DNA of 64,000 nucleotides, taken from NCBI GenBank assembly GCA_039621445.1, contig CP154954.1, forward strand, positions 7,876,634 through 7,940,633, written 5' to 3'. Positions 15,001-29,200 of this stretch are shown in pieces (the stretch's first letter is position 1; the number at the start of each line of letters is the position of its first letter). The notes under the pieces were generated by a model that was not told the origin of the DNA, ran no database searches, and worked only from the letters and a program-made list of their open reading frames with translations. Source of the DNA: Euglena gracilis. Its lineage: Eukaryota. The translations under genes and the position numbers were made by a program.

Positions 15001-16498
15001 TCATCAAAACCGTTTCTGCACCTGTCTCAAAAATGTTTTTCTTCATGGAATTGTTCAAATACTTAACCAATTTTCACCAATTGTTTATTTTTTCAGGAAT
15101 TTGTTTAGCATTTTCATAAGCTCCTGAAACACTGTTTTATGAATTAACGCCTGAATTCCTGGATGTCTTGTGCCATTTTTGGTTTGCAAGAACAAAATGC
15201 ACAAGGCAGGAAGATCCAGTACGCCGCCTGCACAAAAGCACATCCAGGAAAACCTTGCACAGGCCAGAGCTGCTTGTTCCATAAACTGTAAATTGTAAAG
15301 AGAGACCGTAAAGAGAAATTCAGGGTGGTCCTCAAGGAAATAAAAAAAATATCTGCTGTCCCAGCACACTCAATGAAAATATACAGGAAAATGGGCAAAG
15401 AAATTTGGCATTCTTCGGCGACAACAGGTCCACATCAGGAAAAAAAAAACTGATTCTTGGCATCCTTGGACCATCGCCCATCCGCCCAAATCATCAAAAA
15501 ATGTGTTTTTTGGACTTTTTAATTTTGGACCCCGTTCAAGTCCCAGTCCGGCCCTTGGTCGGCCCTTTGGTCGAAAGGGGGGGCGGTCCTTAAGAAAACA
15601 AAAAAAACAACTTTCCTGTCCCTTAAGGACCGCCCTGGAGAAATTGTGAAGCTGGACACTGAAAAAAAAATGGCAGCCCGAAACTACTGGGCCCCCCCGG
15701 GGGGGGGCAGTAGTTAATCCGGGGGGTCAAAATAGTTTTTTCGTGTTAATGATGGAATAGGGTTAGGTGCGCGACTTAGGCTTAGGGTTAGGCCTAATTT
15801 ATAGACGGGTGTTCGGTGTACAAGTTAGGCCTAACCCTAAGCCTAAGTCGCGCACCTAACCCTATTCCATCATTAACGCAAAAAAATTACCTTGACCCCC
15901 CGGATTAACTACTGGGCCCCCCCGGGGGGGGGGGCAGTAGTTTCGGGCTGCCAAAAAAATTACCTTGAAATCAGGCGTTTAAAGACCCCAGGGAAAAGGG
16001 ACTGCTGGCTGACCATTTTGCAAGACACTGGAAAAATAAGCCACAAGCCAAGCCATTAGCTAGACCGCTAGAGGGGGTCCGAGTGTGCTGCGCGCCGAGG
16101 TGGAAATGAGGCTTTTAATGTGTTTTGGGGGGGGGGGTAACTTTGTTTCAAAAAAAAATCCCAAAAATGGCCAAAATGGGCATTTTTGGCAAATGTTTGG
16201 GGGTCAAAAAATTTTCGGCGCTTCGGGCCAGCCACTGGAAAAAAAATACCACCATTTAGCCCTGTTACTGCCCCCCCCCCCCCAGGAGGGTTTCCGCTGA
16301 GATTCCCACTTGCCAAATTTGGACCAGCTGCACTCCAGCCCCCTGGGGCAGGGGGGGGGGTAACTACGAACCCCTCAAGCAGAAACCTGTCAGCAATGCA
16401 CATAAAAATGTCCAGCACATAAAAATATGTCCACAGCACAAAAAACACATCACTTGCACTGCGCCATTCCACGGGAAGGGGCCGCACACACACACACA

Positions 16499-16545
<47 letters not shown>

Positions 16546-16740
16546 CACACACATCACACACACACACACACAAACACACACAACACACACACACACACAC
16601 ACAACACACAACACACACACACACACACAACACACAACACACACACACACACACACACAACACACACACACACACACACAACACACACAACACACACACA
16701 CAAACACACACAACACACACACACACACACACAACACACA

Positions 16741-16771
<31 letters not shown>

Positions 16772-17391
16772 ACACACACAAACACAACACACCCTGCTGG
16801 GCTGGGACGATGGGTTGGGCAGCGGGGGCTTCCTTCGGGCTGGCGGTGGCGGTTTGGGCGGGGGCAGCGGCCTCTGCAGAATTGAGGGGGGAGGGTTGGT
16901 GCATTGCTTACTCGGGGTGTAGTATTTTGACGCTCGAATTCGGTCCTGGGGGATAAGGTGAGGGACGAGAGGCAGCTTGCTAACGTTGTGAAATCCATTT
17001 CCGCCTCTGTTTCAAAGAGTCTTTCGTTACACTGCTTTGAATTTCCCAACTCTTTCAGCAATTTCCGTTTCTTCATTTGCAACGTTTCATGATTAGCTGG
17101 TGCACTTTTCAACTGCTGACCTGCTGAATCATGACATCCAAAAAATATTCGCAATACTGAAATTTCTCCCTGCAAGGAATTCAGATCACCAGAAAAATAT
17201 GACATGCAATACCCACACGGATGTTGTCAGGGGGGAAAAATGTGGAGGAGCCAAATCTGGTTTTGATCAAAGTCACCTCATCACCTCAGGTATATCCAAT
17301 CAACCCAACCCCACCTCAAAAAATACATCATTGGGGACTTTTTCGGGGACTGTTCCCCGCCATTTGATGGTCGATGCCACGCACATGCACA

Positions 17392-17424
<33 letters not shown>

Positions 17425-17425
17425 A

Positions 17426-17456
<31 letters not shown>

Positions 17457-17467
17457 GCGCGCGCACA

Positions 17468-17550
<83 letters not shown>

Positions 17551-17563
17551 GCACACACACACA

Positions 17564-17622
<59 letters not shown>

Positions 17623-17635
17623 GCACACACACACA

Positions 17636-17702
<67 letters not shown>

Positions 17703-17715
17703 GCACACACACACA

Positions 17716-17779
<64 letters not shown>

Positions 17780-17801
17780 CACACACACGCACACACACAC
17801 A

Positions 17802-17864
<63 letters not shown>

Positions 17865-17877
17865 GCACACACACACA

Positions 17878-17952
<75 letters not shown>

Positions 17953-19370
17953 GCACACACACACACGCACGCACGCACGCACGCACGTGCACACACCCTG
18001 CTGGGCCGGTGCAACGGGCTGGGCAGCAGGGGCGGCCTTCGGGTTGGCGGTGGCGGCCTCTGCAGCAGGGGGGGGACACATTATTGACTCTGCATGGCAC
18101 TGCATTTGCTGCTGTTTGGTCATTGCTGGATGCTTCCCTCATTCTTTATTCATGCCTTGCTTTGTTTGGTTGATAGCAAATCAAAATTCCAACTCACACC
18201 CCAAAACAGAAATATACACCGGCCACCACCTGCAGAGAGAGCCAGAACTTCTGTTCCATACAGCTTCAAATATCTTTTGAACAATGAAATTCAAGCAACG
18301 CTTGGGAATCTGAAAGATGTGCCCTGTGAAATTTGCTTCTAGCTCGTGATCATTCATGATTATTTGTGCAACCAAAAAAGCGCCTGGTAATTTCCCGCAC
18401 AATGCAGAATGGACATTTATGATGATTTCATTTCATTTATTATATTTTTTTTTGCGGAAAAAAACTGCAGAATATGCAGAACTTTGCCAAACATTATTTT
18501 CTGGAGGATGGTGGGGGTACTTTGGTCAAGCTCCAAAAGTACTGCAGAAACAAACAAAATTGACCCCAAAAAGGACAATGATTGCCCAATGATGATAGAA
18601 AATGATTAACAACTGGCCCAAATGAGCAAAAATTGGGTGCTGATGGCCCAAAGTTGCTGACAAATCAGTCAAAAAAAAACTGGCCAATGACGTCAAAAAA
18701 ATATTGATTTATGATACACCCCATTTATTTAAACATGTCGTGGTCCGCCTTGTTACGGACACTTTCGGAGGCCAGATTTCACCAGCTTGCACTTCGTACG
18801 AAGCACCTTGGCTTTCCCCAGCACTTGCCATCCTCCTCTGACCTCCATCCTGCCCAACGCCAACCACCGGTCCTCCAATCCCACACACTTTTCATCAGGA
18901 AGAAACCATCCGTGACGCGATGACTGAACTATAGGTGATGGCGAAGTCATGATGGACAGAGGGGAGGGCATGGAGGAGAGCACAAGAGAGAGGAAAAGAG
19001 AGCACAGAGCAAGGACGAGAGGAATTGTCACCCTTTGTCCATGGTTGATTTTCCTTTGAGGGGAATACACCCTTGATGGAAAGGCCATTATCAGAGGGAC
19101 ATCATAAGCGAGAGAAATTCTCATTCATGGTTATTTGTGGTTGTTCGTGGTCGTTCGTCATCCGTGATCATTCGTGACTTTGGAAAATCCCCGAACTTGT
19201 GCTTGTTTGCGATTATTCGTGATTATTTGTGGCACAAACTTTTGGGAACCCCTGACGACTCAGCATCCCCTTCTGTTCCAATCAACACCCAGTCGAGAGC
19301 AGATGCAGTCTGAGGAAGGGTGTTCATAGGCCGAGGAAGGGTCTCCATCGGACACAGGGGAGAACACACA

Positions 19371-19433
<63 letters not shown>

Positions 19434-22400
19434 CACAGCACACCACCCTGCTTTGTCGACTGTGCAGGTCCGGCAGAGGCAGCTGATAGAGGCGCCGGAG
19501 TTGCGGAGGGCAGACTGGCTGCAGTTTGGGGGCCAGCAGCGGTCGCTGTTTGGGCGGAGCCAGTGCTTTGGGGGTTGGCAGCAACTGTGTGGGGGGAAGG
19601 GGGCAGGACGACAACCAGGGTTTCACCAAAATTGTTTACAACATGGATTCAAAAAAACCAATCAACCAAAAAAAATGCAAAAAAAATACCACCTCCAAAA
19701 TGCATTAAATTTAATAAATTAAAATTTTTATTTGACGTTTGGTTCGGAAAAATTTAATTAAATCATTAAATAATTAGTTAATAGGAAAAATTTATTTAAT
19801 TCCCACCCGAAAGCAGTCTGAACGTGGCCTAGCAATGTGTGGTACGTTGGCACACCAATACCAATGAAACTGAAAAAAAAAACTGCGACAAACCTCCCCA
19901 AACATGCAGACACAAAAAAAATACAAAAGATGTCGCGCATATTTTTTAAAAAGCATACTGAAAACCACTGTTTTTTTTTGCACCACTGTTTACATATTTT
20001 GTGCAAATAGTTTTTGTGTCTTTATTTGCACCTGAATTAATAAATTCTAATTCTGAATTAACAAATTGTAACTCAACTTTCCGTGGTTTGGGGGTCGGGT
20101 GTTTAAATGTTTTATTTTTCTTCAACCCAAACAATAAAAACAAGCGAAGCAATACAACCATTTCACATGATGTAAATGATATAACACAATACATCATTTC
20201 CAAAAAATCAAAAAAATATTGAGAAAAAATTTGTGTTTTCCCTCCCATGCCCGTCGGAACGCAACCCACCTTCCTGCGATGCAGAAGCAGCCTGGGACGC
20301 GGTGGCGGTGGACTGGATGGCGAGTGGGGCCGCCGTCAGGCTGGGCCCAGCAGTCTGCACGGCAGTGGCCGGGGCCGCCCCTGCAACACACAAGCAAACC
20401 GCTAGAACGGCGGTGGGCTGGCAGCGTCGGAGGGACAGTGGTGTGCATTGGAGGAGGGTCCTTTTCCAAGGCCAGGGGGCCACTGGGGTCCTTCATCCAT
20501 ATGGGTGAACAATTCTTCATCCGGATGGGGGCTCCACTTTTGGGGAGGTTGAATGGTGACAGAAAACTATTTTGCCAAGTCCCTCTGGAGGTGCCCACTC
20601 GAGCTGACTCGGTTAATGGGGATCTTTGTATACATAACCATGATAATACACACGCATATGCATACATAAAATATATAGATGGACATATAGGCACATACAT
20701 ACATACGTACATACATACATACATACATACATACATACATACATGCATACATACATACATACATACATACATACATACATACATACATACATACATACAT
20801 ACATGCATGCATACATGCATGCATGCATGCATACATACATACATACACACATACATACATACACGTGCACATACATATATACATACATACATGCACACGT
20901 ACATGCCACGGTTGGCGTTTATTTTTGTTTTTTTAAAAAGTGTAATTTTTTAAAAATAAACCAGTATAAAAACATTGTTTTTTGAAAATACAAATTTTCT
21001 TATATTTTCCTTAAAAAATGGGCCTTTTGGGGAAAGGCCCAAAACCATACCGTGGGAGACATGAACGAAAAAAATGATAATTTTGTTTTTGTGGATGTAG
21101 GACGCAGGGGTTTTTTTTAAGACCGGGGGGAGGGGGGGTCCCCCCACCCACCCACCCCCTGGGCCCCCCCCCCCCGGGGAGGGGGGTCCCAGGGGACCCA
21201 CAAAAAATGGCCGAAAAATCGCGAAAAGTGCTAAAAATAGCACTTTTTTGGCGCCTTCGGCGCCGAAAAGTATATCCCACCCCCCTCTGGGGGGACCCCC
21301 GGGGGGGGCTCGGCCGGACCCACCCGCCCTGCCCCCCCCCCGCCGGGGGTCCACGACTAAAAAAAACCCCTGGTAGGATGGCCTATATCCAAAAAGAACC
21401 TTCCAACTGTCGCTGAATCAAGGCATGGCACATTTGAAAAGCCGCAGTGTTTCAGAGGGTTTACTCCTCACTGTCTGATTGCCCTGGGTCCACTTTTTTG
21501 GATTTTTTTTTTTGCTGAAAACGTCACCCAAAGAAGCCTTCCTGCAGGAGGGCTTATTTTTCATTCAAGACCCATTTTATTCAGCACCTATTTTTGGATC
21601 CTAAAGGACAGCCTTTGGAAAGGAACCAAAATTTGCTTCAAGGAATGATTATTTTGCAACATGCACAAAATGGCATAAAAATCAAAATCACCCATTTTTG
21701 GGGGCAGTTTCACAGTGTGGGTCGGGTTTTTTTTTTGACCGGGGGAGGGGGGTCTCCCCACCCCCCACCCACCCCCTGGGGGATCCCGGGGGACCCACTC
21801 AAAATGGCCAAAAAATTTGCGGAAAACGCCAAAAATAGCACCTTTTCAAAAATTTTCGGCGCCTTTTGCGCCGAAAAGTATATCCCACCCCCCTCCGGGG
21901 GGATCCCCCGGCGGGGGGGCTCGCCAGACCTACCCCCCCTACCCCCCCCCCGGGTGCAAAATAAAAAAACCCCTGGTGTGGGTGCTTTCTGGGGGGCATC
22001 CCCCCCAAAAAATCCCAACGGGGCTCAAGTTTTGCAGTTAGATAAAAATCAGCCGGGGGATCTTTTGGGGGGGGTCTGATTTGGGGGGTACTTCGATGGA
22101 TAATGTCAGGCAATGTCCTGGAGGTGTGGCGTGGACACGGGGGTTTGCCGGCGACACATCACCCACATGGGGCGGGGGGAGGCCAGCTGGCAATCACAGG
22201 CACAAACGTGTTGCACTGGGATTGGGGGCAAGTCCTTCGCACCGAGCCTAGCACCGATGGGCAAAACGAAAGTGTCAGCCCTCAGACCCGCCACAGCACA
22301 GCCGGGGGCGTGGCACGCACCGCAATCGCCCCCATCAAAGCCGCACGCTTGCACGTTGCAGGCGGGGTCGCACTGCGAGTTGCCAATCCATGAGAACGGG

Positions 22401-25400
22401 CAGCCCGCCACGCACAGCGGCAGCGCTGGGAGGCGACGCAATTGGGTCGTGGCGCAGCTTCAACAATAACTGGGGCGGTTGCGCAGGAAGCCATTTGTTG
22501 TCGGCGGTTGTCATACGACTGCCGCCAACAACAAATGGTCAAATGCGGGGGGGGGGGGGCTGTATGGGAAAGATTGTTTCAATCCAGATGCAGGCGGGCA
22601 GGGGTCGACACACAGGGCGGCGATTCAGCACATTCTATGAAAAATCCACAAAAAAAGGCCGAAAGAAATGACCATAATTTGGCAAAAATGGGTCGAATGT
22701 GGGTGAAATTTTTTGGGGGGAACGGGTGTTTCGACTTTTCAATTTTTTCGACCCCAGTTGAGCCCCAGTTTGGCCCTTGCCCAGCCCTCAGGCTTACAAG
22801 TGGTCCTTGAGGGGTGGTCCTTGGGGAGAGGGGGGGAAAAAACCCAAAAATCCCGTCCCTTATGGACGCCTTGTCGACGACAGAGCACTGCACAAGGATA
22901 AAACGAAGGCGGAGGAAGGAAAGCCGGGGGAAAAAAAACACCACCCCCTTCCCAACTACCCAAAAAATTTTTCCGGGATTCCTGTCTTCCTGGAGGTGGG
23001 GTTGATCTTGGGGGACCCCTGGCCCAGCACCCGGGGAAGCTCGGCCTCAACTTGCACAGGCGAGAAGAGCGCGATATCAAATGCCCACACGTCGCACTGG
23101 CCACGCCAGGGATTCAGCCATGCAAGACGCGTGCTCCAATTGCACGCTGGCAGAGGTGGACTCAGCACACCGTTCGAAGAGGCTGGCAGGACGGTGGCTG
23201 CGGACCCCGACTGGGCGGTGGTGACTTGTTGGCAGCCCATTGCTCAAGGACCCCCGGTGGACCACTGGCTAGCCATTTTGCTGGACACTGGAAAAAATGG
23301 ACTGGCTAGACCCCCCTCTCCCCGGATCTCCCCTGGGGGGGATCGGGGGAGCCCCCCCCCCCCCCCGACTGGACTGGAAATAATTTTTTTCCGGCGGTGA
23401 TTCCGAGGTGGAAATGAGATTCTTAATGCATTTTTTGGCTGATTTTTTCAAAAATAAAATCCAAAAAAAGGCCAAAGATGGGCATCTTTGGCCATTTTGG
23501 GGGGTCCCAGAAATTTTTTCCAGTGATTTGTACGAAATTCTGATCACTGGAAAAACTCCACCAACCCTGCCAGCAGACCCCCCGGGGGGAGGTTCCACCA
23601 TAATTCCCAGAAGCCAAATCTGTAGAAGCTGCAGTCCAGCCCCCCCCCCCCCAGGGTGCTGTGAAACCTTAAGCAAAGGCCTGCTTGTTGGGCGGCTGCA
23701 GAAGTGGAGGTCGTGCCTGCGGAGGGGGAGGGGGAAGTGGTGCACACTGACAGGGAAAATTCTGAGAGGAAAGATCTGGCAAATTGTATGGGTTGGTGCC
23801 AAGCCTCCTTTTCAGAATCGGATTGGTGCCAGTGTGGTCTTCAGCTCAACCCCACACAGGCTATTGCGTTAGCACTCCAGGAGAGGGGGGCTGGCCATTT
23901 TGCTGGACACTGGAAAAAAGGAACAAACTAGACCCCCTGGGGAGGGGGTCCGGGGGTCCCCAAGACTGGAAAGAAATCTTCCTCCAGCGCTGTGCGCCAA
24001 TGTGGAAACGAGGCTTTTAATGTGTTTTTTTGGGATGATTTTTTTTGCTCCAAAAAGCCCAAAAATGGTCAAAAATGGGCATTTTTGGCACTTTTGGGGG
24101 ACCCAAAAATTTTTCGATGCTTCACGTTTTTCACTGGAAAAAAAATCACCAAGCCCTGCTGGATCCCCCCCCCCCGGAGTCCACTCATCAAATTTGGACC
24201 AGCTGCAGTCCAGCCCCCCCCCCCCCCCACAAGGGGGTTACCGCAACCCTTAAGCAATGGCCTGACCCCCCAGGTTTTGAAGAAAAAGTCAAAAATGGTG
24301 AAAATGAGGTCACCTCCCCAACCTGCAGGGTCCCATGCCAATCGGGAGGGTCTTTTAAAAAAGCCTGGTCTCGCAATGTGTGCCTCAAACGACCCTATTG
24401 TTATTCCAGCAGGCTGTTCCTTGGACAGACGAAGGGGGGGATGGCCCAAGAGGAAAGCAGTATCTCTCTCGGTGTCTACCCACACCTGCACTTTTAACAT
24501 CTGCACCGGTGCAAAACCCAAGTTAACAAAAGCAGGGGACCCGGATGGCTTTCTTTTTGGCCTTTCGGTCAATTCGATTTGTGAAGTTCGGAACTTTTTC
24601 CGAAGTTTTACACTGCCCCGTTTCACAACGAATACACAACAGCTGGGTAAGCACAAACTGGATGGTGCGCCCACACATCCAACTTTCGAAACCCCCTTTT
24701 GGGGAGCAACTATCCTGCCATCCGAGAATATTTGGTTTCAATGATGACACCGGACAGGGAATGCACGCACAACTCTGTCGGACTGACCACAGCGAGGCAA
24801 GATCGACCACACCGCAGTCGCCCCCGTCGAAGCTGCACGCCTGCACGTTGCACGCCGGGTCGCACTGCGAGTTGCCGATCTTGTCCAGGGATCCTTTGAC
24901 TCACCTCACCGCAACGTGCAAAAAAAAATTGCAAGCCTGGAGCTGGGGGGGGGAGGGGAGCCTTCAACAAATCCCTGACTCAAGAGAAAGGGCAGCCAGG
25001 CACACACAGTGGCAGTGCTGAGGAAAAGAAAACCCAACACGAATGCTGAGATGGGGCAGGTTGCCAGGGCTACAACAATGCTCGTTGGCAACTGTGGCAC
25101 ACTGCTTCAACGGTCCAGTGGGAAAAAATCACCAAAAATTTGGAACGCAAAAAGAAATCAATCAAAACAGCAGAAAATTTATGTTCCAGGTCACACCATT
25201 CACAAAATCAAATACAAATTTCTGTTGCCGATGGGGGGATCACACTGGAGAAAAGCGGGTGAATAAAATTTTAAAGTGGCAGTCTTGGCTGATAATAGAA
25301 AAATATGGGGGCCTCAGCCTGGAAAAATATTTGGAGGACCCAGAAAAAAATGGAGATTGAAGAAAGATTTAGGGTTTTAGAAACAAATTAATAAAATAGG

Positions 25401-26081
25401 TTACCAACATAGGAATCTGACTTTGGTCAAAACAAAGTCGGAATTTTCTCGCTCAAATAAAGAAATGCCAATATCCTCCAAATTGGCACCAGTTTTGTGC
25501 ACCTCATCGTGAAAATGATGGTTTTTTTTCGAATTATCGTGGGAAATTTTGGAGGAATTTTTTCCCTCCGGTTTTTCCCCATCCAATCTTCTCCATCCCC
25601 ACTGCTCCTCCCATGGTGGGAAATTAGACCGTTGTATTTTTTAATACATCAGACAACATCATATCTCTCCTGTTCTGAGACTCACCCCAACTATGTGCGC
25701 AGGTGTGGGTCATACTTCAATCACACCGTTTGTTGAAACTGTTGGGAGAATGATGGGCTGTGTGGCTGCAGGTTTGGTGCTGGAGCTCGAAGTCGAGCTT
25801 GCAGTGGCTGCGGGGGAATTAAACATGAGAATGCAACACAGAAAAATGAGTAAGTGCGACGTCACTGTTGATGGGCATGAACACATATTTACACGTGCGT
25901 GGAAAAACTCATCAACTCATCCAACCGTATCTGCTCAGTGGAACACCATGTCATGTCGCTCACCAAGCCCCAGGGAAAAAACCAAGAAACCAGTATGTCA
26001 CGATAAAAAAAAAAACTGGTCAACCCACATCCCCTAAATGGTGTCGGGCGACCCAGGAACAACAATACCAAGCGATGGCAC

Positions 26082-26137
<56 letters not shown>

Positions 26138-26143
26138 CGCACG

Positions 26144-26218
<75 letters not shown>

Positions 26219-29200
26219 ACACACATGCACGCAGGCACACACAGACACACACGCACACAAATGCACATGCATGAAAGCCAACGCAGCTGGCGGGAGGGGG
26301 TGGGGGGCACACTACCCTGGGCGGCCAGTGCCGGGGCAGCGGTGGCAGTGGCGGGTTGGGTGGCCAGGGCAGCCGCACCGGTGGCGGCTGACTGGGCGGT
26401 GGCTGTGGCTGCAACACACGGGGGTTTTGCCGGAGAAAGCATGCCACCCAGGCGTGTGGGGGGGCTGGTCTGAACCCCGGGGGGGGGGGGGTCAAAACCC
26501 CTCCTCTGTGCAAAAAAAAAAATCCGGCACAAAGCGCCAGAAATTGTTTCGACCGTGCAAAAAGCCCCAAAATAGCGTATTTGCACACTTTCTTGAAAAA
26601 AAATCAGACAAAACAAACACAAAAACAAACACCAAAATTTCTTCCCCGGCGCGAAGCACCAGGAAAAAAATGGATTCTTTTTTGGTCCCGGCCTCCCCTT
26701 GGTCCAAAGGGGGAGGTGGTCTGGACCCCCTCCCCCCACCCCGCAAAGCCACCGCTCGCGTAACCCCCTGCCCCCAGGATTATAACACTGATGAGGCGGA
26801 CCAACAATGAAATTTTGTGGAAGGGAAAAAGAAGTGTTCAATACGCAATCCAAGCACAGGAACTGAGGGAATTTTGTGCCTTTAGGAACCCCGAAAAATA
26901 CACAATTGCACATGAGCACCTGCAAATTAAAATTTGAAAAAATACACCCAACACACATTTCTGACGCATGCATAAATACATACATATGTGCAGGCGGACA
27001 AACATTCATACATACGTGCCTGTGGAAATACATCCATGTGTGCATACATACTGACATACAAACAAAGAAACGTTGGTGCATACATTGTGCATACATGGAT
27101 GCATACGACACACTGATATTTTGCATATATCTTAGGCGGCGCATCTCGCACTTAAATTTTTTTCTTTACAACGTGCGCAATTGTTCAAAATGACATTTTT
27201 TTACGAAAACCCTGAACCGCCAACCGCACCTGGTGAAACAGAAATATGTAGATGCACACCTCACGATACATGTTAGGAAACAGGAAGGTTTCAAAAAAGT
27301 TTCTTAACTAGCTGCCTGATATGTCTGGAGGGACAGCTTCATGTTCTTGTCTGTGAAACAGGTGGGTTGTGCACTCTGGCTGTTATACCCATGGGGTTTG
27401 GTGTGTCTGTGCAGCCTGTGATTGCTGGGTGTTGCACACCTGTTTGAGGGGGACCGACTTTTCACCATTAGGACAATGCGATGTGCAGTTAAAATTAGAT
27501 GATAATTGCGAGACAAAAACCTTTTCAGCATTATGTCCCTATCGATGGACTGAAATATGTGTCAACGCCGGCGCCAAAATCAAATTTTTTTCGGGGTGCG
27601 AAAATACGCACACCGACCAAAAGAAAGCTTGAGCGCGAGATGCGCCGCCTAAATATATATGACACCTGCACCAGAATGCTCTGGGCCAGTTGGTGCACAC
27701 CCTGTTGCGCAGCGGCCGGCGCCGGGGCAGGGGTGGCTGGGGCTTCCGCCTTGGGGACCACACTGGCCTGGGCGGGGGTCCCGGCTGTGGTGGTCCCTGC
27801 GAAGGCAAACGCCAGGGTCTTTGCTGAGTCTGAACATGGCGAAAGAGCAACCACGCACTGGTTTCCCGGGTGGCGATGCGGGAAAATCGAGTTGTCACAA
27901 ACCGACTGCGAATCTATCGAAACAAATCAGCCATCTATCAGGCAACTGCCAGCCGAAAAGCGGGGAAGGTGCACACACCGCAGTCGCCCCCGTCGAAGCT
28001 GCACGCCGGCACATTGCACGCCGGGTCGCACTGCGAATTGCCGATCCAATCCAGGGCTCTTTGACGGATACCATTGCCCACCAGGCTTGTGCTTACCGAC
28101 CGGGGGGGGGGGAGGGGGGTCGGTGGGTGCTATAGGGTGCCTGCCCCTAGCAGGCACACCTCCGGGGGGGGGGGGGGTCCGGGGGACCCAGAAAATTTCC
28201 ATTGAAAACGGAGTCGAGGGTCGAGGGGGGTGCCTGCTTTGGGCAGGCACCCCCAAAAAACCCTACCCCCCCCCCCCGGGTGGATGGGGTGCTATAGGGT
28301 GCCTGCCCCTAGCACCCCCCCCCGTGGGGTAGGCACTCGACTGAGCACAAGCCTGTTGCCCACCCACAGATCTTGGAATTCCCATTCAGCCCTGCTCTGG
28401 GGGGGGGATGGGGAGGTTGGTGGGTGAGCCCCCCCCCCCCGGAGGTGGGGTCGAGCCAAAGAAAATAAACCCCCAGAGGAGCTAACCCCTCTTTTCAGTG
28501 AAAAGAGATGGGGGAAATAAACCCAAAGTTAGCCATAACTGTCCAACGCCAACTGCAATTCACTGCAATTCTAAAAAGTTATGTGAATCTGGACAGTGCC
28601 CTTGCAATCGATATCCTGGCACTTGGCATTTTGATTTTGTGTGGCAATGAATACCAATGTCAGCTTGGGAGACAAGAACATCAGGTCAAAACCCAGAAAA
28701 ATGCGGCAAATAACACAAACTTGCATTCCCAGGCACACAACGACAACAACTTCCATGGATGGTTGAGGGCACTCCCAACAAATCCCTGATCCACGAGAAA
28801 GGGCAGCCAGCAACGCACAGCGGCAGGTCTGGGGAAACACATGCCGATGCAAAATGAAACGGAAAAAAACTGGCAAATGAGGCTACGGCTGTACCAATGC
28901 ACTTAATCTTGTATATTAAGAAAACTCCCCCCCCCCCAAATAACCTGGCGGGGCCCTTGCTTCTGGCAGTGGCCGAACAACTTGGCGGGGGAGGGGCAAA
29001 AAAGATGGTTCCAATAATTTGGCACCCCCCCCCCGGCAAAATTGGCAAGATTCCTTTACGGCGCTGAAAAGAGGTCTCAAATTACCTGGCAGGGGGCAGG
29101 GCCAAAAGTTGGTTCCAACAACCTGGCACCCCGCCACATCATTTGGGGGGTTACAAATAAAAATGTGTGTACCAATATATTTATAAAATGGGGGGGGCTG

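Noticed and set aside
5824-18173. Long His/Thr- or Cys/Val-rich ORFs in the ORF track
   Set aside because: Translations of (CA)n, (TACA)n and (GCAC)n microsatellites.
23040-23165. Apparent degenerate LNR (PPLPACNW...GQCDVW) in the ORF track
   Set aside because: Lies downstream of a good G|gtgtgc donor and lacks the 6-Cys/DGGDC pattern; treated as intron.
24978-24982. In-frame TGA in LNR5 as Trp recoding or pseudogene stop
   Set aside because: Explained by the intron boundary (TG|AGT...|G); other Trp codons are TGG.
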